Assembly: GCA_963716145.1 (NCBI GenBank)
Contig: OY970292.1
Span: forward strand, 533,171 to 597,170
DNA: 64,000 bases
Direction: 5' to 3'
From: Candidatus Levyibacteriota bacterium
Lineage (GTDB): Bacteria > Patescibacteriota > Microgenomatia > Levybacterales > UBA12049
Part shown: positions 58,590 to 64,000 of the stretch, in pieces
Numbering within the stretch: position 1 is the first letter of the stretch
Layout of the letters: every line of letters begins with the position of its first letter
The notes under the pieces: model-generated
Seen by the model: only the letters and a program-made list of their open reading frames with translations
Told to the model about the DNA's origin: nothing
The model's database searches: none
Program-made: the position numbers and the translations under genes

Positions 58590-59615
58590 TTATTTCTTAT
58601 TTATCGACCGTTTGTACAGTTCTATATTTTCCATAGCTACGCCAGTCCCCCGCGCTACGCACAACAAGGCATCCTCAGCCACATGGCACGGGACTCCTGT
58701 TAGCTCAGTCATGAGCTTATCAAGGTTGGTTAAAAGCGAACTTCCTCCTGACATCACAATTCCTTTATCAATTATGTCACTTGCCAATTCCGGCGGGCAT
58801 TGCTCAAGAACTTCTTTGACCCCTTTTACCACTTCAAGAAGCGTCGGCTTAATGGCTTCATTTATTTGCGTCTCATCCAGAATAATCGTCCTTGGCAATC
58901 CGGTAATATTATCCCGTCCCCGGACCTCCATTGACTTGGGCTTATGAGCAGTAGACACAACAGCATTTCCTATTTCTATCTTTATGGTTTCAGCTGTTGT
59001 CTCCCCAATCAGCAAATTAAATTTCTTTTTTGTATATCCTGCAATAGCTTCATCAATCTTGTTGCCTGCGACTCGTACTGAGCTATGCACGACCACTCCG
59101 CCAAGTGAAATAACAGCTGACTCGGTAGAACCGCCTCCTATATTGACAATCATGTGTCCCGCAGCCTGAGCGATTGGTATCTTGGCTCCAATCGCAGCTG
59201 CCAGAGGCTCATCAATCAGATAAGCGATCTTGGCTCCTGCCGACATAGTCGCGTCCAACACAGCACGCCGCTCAACCTGAGTAACGCCTGAGGGTATGCA
59301 GACCATAACTTCAGGCTTGAAAAAGCGGGCTCTGCCGCAAACTTTGTCTATAAAGTAGGAAAGCATTGCCTCTGTTATCGTATAATCAGCAATCACACCG
59401 TCTCTTAACGGACGCAAGGCCGTTACATTGCCGGGGGTCCTGCCCAGCATTTCTTTGGCCTCATGCCCCACAGCAACCACCCTATTTTCCTCAGCTGTGA
59501 CAGCAACCACAGTCGGCTCATTCAAGATAATCCCTTCGCCAACTACATAAACTAATGTATTAGCTGTACCGAGATCTATTCCTATTCTTTTTGTTGTTGG
59601 TAGCTTAAACTGCAT
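58590..59615 (-). CDS. mreB: rod-shape-determining protein MreB
   Basis: IGIDLGTANTLVYV actin-fold motifs. 341 aa. Confidence 0.9.
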   Translation of the reverse strand: MQFKLPTTKRIGIDLGTANTLVYVVGEGIILNEPTVVAVTAEENRVVAVGHEAKEMLGRTPGNVTALRPLRDGVIADYTITEAMLSYFIDKVCGRARFFKPEVMVCIPSGVTQVERRAVLDATMSAGAKIAYLIDEPLAAAIGAKIPIAQAAGHMIVNIGGGSTESAVISLGGVVVHSSVRVAGNKIDEAIAGYTKKKFNLLIGETTAETIKIEIGNAVVSTAHKPKSMEVRGRDNITGLPRTIILDETQINEAIKPTLLEVVKGVKEVLEQCPPELASDIIDKGIVMSGGSSLLTNLDKLMTELTGVPCHVAEDALLCVARGTGVAMENIELYKRSINKK

Positions 59616-59642
59616 AAAAAATTCAGAAAACTCAGATTAAAC

Positions 59643-59987
59643 TCAGTAAACCAGATATTCAGACGGTCTGACTATCTGACATTTCAGAAACTCTGGTAAA
59701 CTGAGTGTTCCGAGAGTTCTGAAATCTATATCAAACCACTGTATTTCTATATCATTTCTGACTACAGGCGTATCTAGCTTTATTATACCAATACCCGAAT
59801 TAGTTGCAAGGGTTAGTTTGAAAGGGTATGCCACTCCGCTATTCAATATCTGTTTGGCATACCTCCGAAGCTTTAGGTAATAAATTCGACCCAAAGTATT
59901 ACTTAAAATCAAAGCTACGTAGGCATTACCCCTTTTAATTTTGTAAGCGTAGGGGTATAATTGCAAAACAGCCAAATGAAAAAACAA
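59643..59987 (-). CDS. hypothetical protein
   Basis: 114-aa ORF upstream of mreB. Confidence 0.2.
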   Translation of the reverse strand: MFFHLAVLQLYPYAYKIKRGNAYVALILSNTLGRIYYLKLRRYAKQILNSGVAYPFKLTLATNSGIGIIKLDTPVVRNDIEIQWFDIDFRTLGTLSLPEFLKCQIVRPSEYLVY

Positions 59988-61364
59988 ACTAAATCACCCA
60001 AGGCGCAATCCAAGCGACTTAAATCGAATAAAAACCAGGATACTAATTCAACCTCTTCTTCAGCTAAAAGACAATTATTTGTTTCCTCAGCGATTTTACT
60101 TTTTTTGATCCTTGGAACTATTCTTACTGTATTCTATGCTCGCGGATATAGATTTGTTTTTGGCGGGGGTGAGCCCAAACTTTCAAAAACAGGCATTCTG
60201 AACGTCACAAGTGTGCCCCAAGGAGCTCAGGTTTCCCTGGATAATCACCCAACCACGGCCACAGATAACTCAATTAATCTTGCTCCCAATAAATACACCG
60301 TAAGGATTAGCAAAGACGGCTACAATGATTGGCAAAAAGATGTTGATATAAGACAGGAAGAAGTTACCAATATAGATGCGCGGCTCTTTCCAAAAGCCCC
60401 AACGCTTCAAAGTATCTCAACTTTTGGAGTTGAACAGGCACTGGTAGATCCAACAGGCACTAAGTTGGCCTTCAAAATCGCCTCTCAATCCGCAAAGAAA
60501 AACGATGGGATATATATTTTTGATATGACCCAACGCCCCCTACCCATTCTTCAAGGCCAAAGCAGCTCCAATCAGCTAGCTGATGACAGCATTGATAGAT
60601 TCTCGAAGGCTTCGCTTTCCTTTTCGCCTGATGGTAAACAGCTTCTCGCCAGTATTTCAGCAGTTACGGAAGCTGCCAATCCTGAAGATCCCCTAGCTGA
60701 ACCTATCTTACAGCCTGAACTCTCCACTTACTACCTTCTTAAAACTGACGGATTTAATGATGTTCCGCAGGATACAACTGCGATAATTGATACGGTTTTT
60801 GAAACGTGGAAGGCCCAGCGCGCAGCCAAGGAAAAAGCAAGACTAAAGTCACTCAAACCAAAGATTGCCGAATTTAGTAAAAAGAATTTCAATATTCTTT
60901 CCTGGTCACCTGACGAAAAAAAGATCCTCTACCAGGCATCCTCCTCGGCCCAGATGCCGGTATTTATCAACCCCCGAAGAATCGGAAATAATTGGCGATA
61001 CGAGAGGCGTGACCTTAAAAAAGGAGCAATTTATGTCTATAATATTACGGAAGATCTCAATACAAGAATTGTTGACAGCATTGATGCAATTTGTACTGAT
61101 GAAGAATCAAGTTGCATTGGCGAAAATTCTACTCTGGGAAAGAATCCTTTTAGCTGGTTTCCTGATTCAGAGCACCTTATATATGTGCGGGATCGCAAGA
61201 TTAACCTTGTTGAGATAGATGGTTCCAATATGACGACTGTTTACGCCGGACCGTTTGTTGATCCTTATGTTTTTCCCTGGCCTGATGAATCTAAAATCGT
61301 AATACTTACAAATCTCGGAAACCCAACGGTGTCTCCTACCCTATACACAATAGGACTAAAATAG
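59961..61364 (+). CDS. PEGA-domain membrane-anchored protein with beta-propeller-like C-terminus
   Basis: TM anchor. PEGA pattern (ILNVTSVPQGAQVSLDN...YTVRISKDGYNDWQKDV). Confidence 0.5.
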   Translation: MQNSQMKKQTKSPKAQSKRLKSNKNQDTNSTSSSAKRQLFVSSAILLFLILGTILTVFYARGYRFVFGGGEPKLSKTGILNVTSVPQGAQVSLDNHPTTATDNSINLAPNKYTVRISKDGYNDWQKDVDIRQEEVTNIDARLFPKAPTLQSISTFGVEQALVDPTGTKLAFKIASQSAKKNDGIYIFDMTQRPLPILQGQSSSNQLADDSIDRFSKASLSFSPDGKQLLASISAVTEAANPEDPLAEPILQPELSTYYLLKTDGFNDVPQDTTAIIDTVFETWKAQRAAKEKARLKSLKPKIAEFSKKNFNILSWSPDEKKILYQASSSAQMPVFINPRRIGNNWRYERRDLKKGAIYVYNITEDLNTRIVDSIDAICTDEESSCIGENSTLGKNPFSWFPDSEHLIYVRDRKINLVEIDGSNMTTVYAGPFVDPYVFPWPDESKIVILTNLGNPTVSPTLYTIGLK

Positions 61365-61894
61365 ATCAAAAGGTAAATAAAGATATCAACAAATCTTATT
61401 CTATAAACCAGAAATATAAAAGATTAAATCCGCAAATAATCCGCTTTTAATTCTCCTCATCTGTCTTATTGATTTTTACAGTAAAGGTTCTTTGTTTGAT
61501 AATATAAAATTTTAATTTTAATAAAAATTAAATTCCTCAAATTTACAATCTTTTGTGAAAAAACGGTTGTGAAAAATAGAAAAAACACGGCATTTTTTCA
61601 TCAAAAATCCCAAACGTATTTGCCTGATTCTTATTATTAATTACTTCACAGGGGCAAAATTTGAATAATTGAGGCTAAAATACGTGAAAATAATTGAAAA
61701 CATAATGTGAACAAAAAATCAATTTATGTCTTGACAAACTTATTAATATATGTAGTAATTAATATATAGACAAAGTTGGACATCAAAGTTGGACTAGTAC
61801 AACTTTACAAAGAGCTAAGAACAGTGAACAAATAATTAAGATTTTCTCAGCTTTAAGTTCAAAATTTTAAGTATTTTAAAAATTCCTGCCCATT

Positions 61895-64000
61895 ATGACT
61901 ACCGATAAAAAGAAAGTAAAAAATTCTAAAGAGATAGTTGAGAAAGAGACGATGCCACTTGCGAGTAAATCATCTGATTCCTCTTTCAAAAAAAAGACTG
62001 ATAAAAATAAACAACGAGAGACTTCCCAAAAGGAAAACGCACAAGAGGCAGTTACGTTTACTATCCAGCAGGCCGCAGATCAATTGGGACTTTCCACCAA
62101 AACCCTCAGGCGCTGGGAAGAAAAAGGGATCATAAAAGCTCAAAGAACAGCGGGAAATCAGAGACGCTATACCTTATTGGACGTTGAAAGATTACAACCA
62201 AGAGTAAAAAAACTCTCTTCTCAACAATTTTCAAACATAGCTGAAATCCGAAACCCAAATAGCCAATTGTATCTAGAAAGCTCTTTTTCAAATGAATCTA
62301 ATCCAATAAACTCTAATGTAGAAAGAGTTAATTCACCTCCATTCAGTAAAAACACGACACGGCGTACTTTTGGTGCTGACCCAAAGGTTGGTACTAATAA
62401 TAGTTATGTCCAAGTTTCAAGAGTTGGACAAGATGATAATGTCCAAGATTTGAAAATTTCGCATAAGAGTAAGTTCAAACAAAGTACGGCACTTCTTGGG
62501 GTATTCGCAATCGTAATAATCAGCATGATTTTTTTATCCTCCCCCCACATCGCGGGAGAAACGAACAGGAGAATATTTTCTGTCCTGATTGGCAGTCTCA
62601 ATAAAGAACAGGGCGATTACCAATCAAATGTGCTATCTCCTGGAGTTCTCTCGGATACTATAAAGCTCAAAGGAATGAAGGGAGAGATAAGTTTTAACAT
62701 CCCCGCGATCTTCAATAGCAACTTAAGAGTAAACGGAGACACACTTCTCAATGGCAATGCAACAGTCTCAGGAACATTGACTGCTCCAAATATAGTTTAT
62801 AGTGTCATACCAGGTCAAAATATATCAATTTCCGGTGATCCCCAGAATCCGACAATCTCTACAGGCCCAATTGTCACCTCCTTTGCCGGCAAAACAGGAG
62901 ATCTTAAGCTGTCTGCGGGAACCGGAATAAATGTAAGTGATCTTGAAATAAGTATGAAAAATACTTCTCTGACTGTCGAGGCGGGAAGTGGCCTTTCCGG
63001 CGGAGGAAAAGTTGAGCTTGGCGGCTCAATATCGCTTGAGAATGCTGGTGTTATTTCATTGGCAGGGACGGCAAATCAAGTTCTTGTTTCGGTATCAACA
63101 GGAGACGTAACTCTTTCGCTTCCACAGGATATTGATTTGAGCTCATCCCCTACTTTTTCCAGTATTAATCTGACCAGCAATACTAATCAACTGGTTCTGG
63201 GAAGTGGCAATACCGGGACACTTACTCTCGGCACACTTACAGCAGATCGGACTTATACTTTACCAGATCTTAATGCATCAAATGACACTATTTGTTTGGC
63301 TGCTCTAGCCAATTGTTCAGGCGGGTCAGGAGGTATTGGAGGCGCGGGCACAATCAATCGGGTAGCAAAGTTCACTGCTTCCAATTTGATTGGCAACTCA
63401 AGCATAAACGACCTTGGCTCAGCAGTCGCAATGACTATAGATGCATCAGGCAACGTGGGGATTGGCACCACTACACCAACATCCTTTAAACTCGAAGTCG
63501 CAGGCAATGTAGGTCCTGAAGCTGATAACACCAGGGACTTGGGATCAGCAAGCAAAAGATGGGCAAATATTTATGGTACAAATGTCATCGCAAGCAATCT
63601 AAGTGGTGCAATCACTCCAACCGGCTTTACTCCAGGTTCCGTAGTGTTCGCAGGCTCAGGTGGTACTCTGACGCAGGACAATGCCAACTTCTTCTGGGAT
63701 GATACTAATAACAGGCTTGGGATAGGAATAACCACTCCGACCTCATCGCTGGTTGTCCAGGGTATTACTGGTAATTCCACAGCTGAATTTATAACAACTG
63801 AAAATGCCAATAGAAGACTTGTTGAGATCAGAAATTATAGCAATGGTACGGCGGGGGCGACCCGGCTGGGCATAATTAACGATGCTGGGACCGGCATGGA
63901 CATTACAGCATATGGAAGTGGCAATACCGGAACTTTTGCAGGCCTTTCTCTTGCCAACACGGTTCGTGTCAGTTCTAGTACTGCCCTTGTTCTTTATGCC
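61895..64000 (+). CDS. membrane-anchored MerR-type HTH protein with extracellular tail-fibre-like repeats (3' partial, runs off the window)
   Basis: Not in the track because there is no stop in the window. The frame is open for more than 700 codons. N-terminal MerR HTH (FTIQQAADQLGLSTKTLRRWEEKGIIKAQRTAGNQRRYTLLDVERL). TM ALLGVFAIVIISMIFL. Then repeated GNVGIGTTTPTS...L.V.G motifs. Confidence 0.55.
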   Translation, partial: MTTDKKKVKNSKEIVEKETMPLASKSSDSSFKKKTDKNKQRETSQKENAQEAVTFTIQQAADQLGLSTKTLRRWEEKGIIKAQRTAGNQRRYTLLDVERLQPRVKKLSSQQFSNIAEIRNPNSQLYLESSFSNESNPINSNVERVNSPPFSKNTTRRTFGADPKVGTNNSYVQVSRVGQDDNVQDLKISHKSKFKQSTALLGVFAIVIISMIFLSSPHIAGETNRRIFSVLIGSLNKEQGDYQSNVLSPGVLSDTIKLKGMKGEISFNIPAIFNSNLRVNGDTLLNGNATVSGTLTAPNIVYSVIPGQNISISGDPQNPTISTGPIVTSFAGKTGDLKLSAGTGINVSDLEISMKNTSLTVEAGSGLSGGGKVELGGSISLENAGVISLAGTANQVLVSVSTGDVTLSLPQDIDLSSSPTFSSINLTSNTNQLVLGSGNTGTLTLGTLTADRTYTLPDLNASNDTICLAALANCSGGSGGIGGAGTINRVAKFTASNLIGNSSINDLGSAVAMTIDASGNVGIGTTTPTSFKLEVAGNVGPEADNTRDLGSASKRWANIYGTNVIASNLSGAITPTGFTPGSVVFAGSGGTLTQDNANFFWDDTNNRLGIGITTPTSSLVVQGITGNSTAEFITTENANRRLVEIRNYSNGTAGATRLGIINDAGTGMDITAYGSGNTGTFAGLSLANTVRVSSSTALVLYA

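Overview
This 64 kb window is AT-rich (about 38-40% GC) and gene-dense with small genes, which fits a reduced genome such as a Patescibacteria/CPR-like bacterium. The basis for that is composition, archaeal-type enzymes and fused lipid-scavenging genes.

Main content:
- **Thiamine salvage locus:** a frameshifted thiamine pyrophosphokinase, then a TPP riboswitch in front of a ThiY-like ABC transporter (binding protein, ATPase, permease).
- **tRNA genes:** a Thr(UGU)-Tyr(GUA)-Thr(GGU) cluster, then rpmG and tRNA-Trp.
- **Metabolism and envelope genes:** an aquaporin, coaBC, a GHMP kinase, an archaeal-type PEP carboxylase, guaA, galU, galT and mreB. There is also a CFA-synthase-family methyltransferase next to an FAD oxidoreductase, and a Phd/YefM-RelE toxin-antitoxin pair. 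AcpS sits next to an acyl-ACP-synthetase-ACP-acyltransferase triple fusion, and a Wzx flippase is fused to an acetyltransferase. A SemiSWEET transporter sits next to a hexokinase-family kinase. A MurA paralog carries the fosfomycin-insensitive Cys-to-Asp active site and follows an excisionase-type HTH gene.
- **Fragmented ribosomal operon:** secE-nusG-rplK-rplA...rplJ-rplL is interrupted in several places. The largest interruption (6.8 kb between rplA and rplJ) holds a roughly 70% GC island with a frameshifted Actinobacteria-like secreted-protein gene. It also holds a 4.3 kb surface-adhesin gene with a glycine-repeat N-terminus and Ig-like and SdrD-B-like domains, broken by several frameshifts.
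- **Second foreign-looking island:** 53.7-57.5 kb is GC-richer and carries small minus-strand genes, including a holin-like membrane peptide and a zinc-ribbon protein.
- **Repeats:** a conserved 165-200 nt structured element occurs twice (16.07 kb and 53.55 kb); the second copy borders the foreign-looking island. Several short repeat families and palindromes are present.
- **Window end:** a membrane-anchored MerR-type HTH protein with tail-fibre-like repeats runs off the end.

Four otherwise well-recognisable genes carry frameshifts and one a premature stop. This points to ongoing gene decay, programmed recoding, or indel errors in the assembly.

The ORF track treats GTG/TTG as Met, and several listed ORFs have spurious N-terminal extensions.
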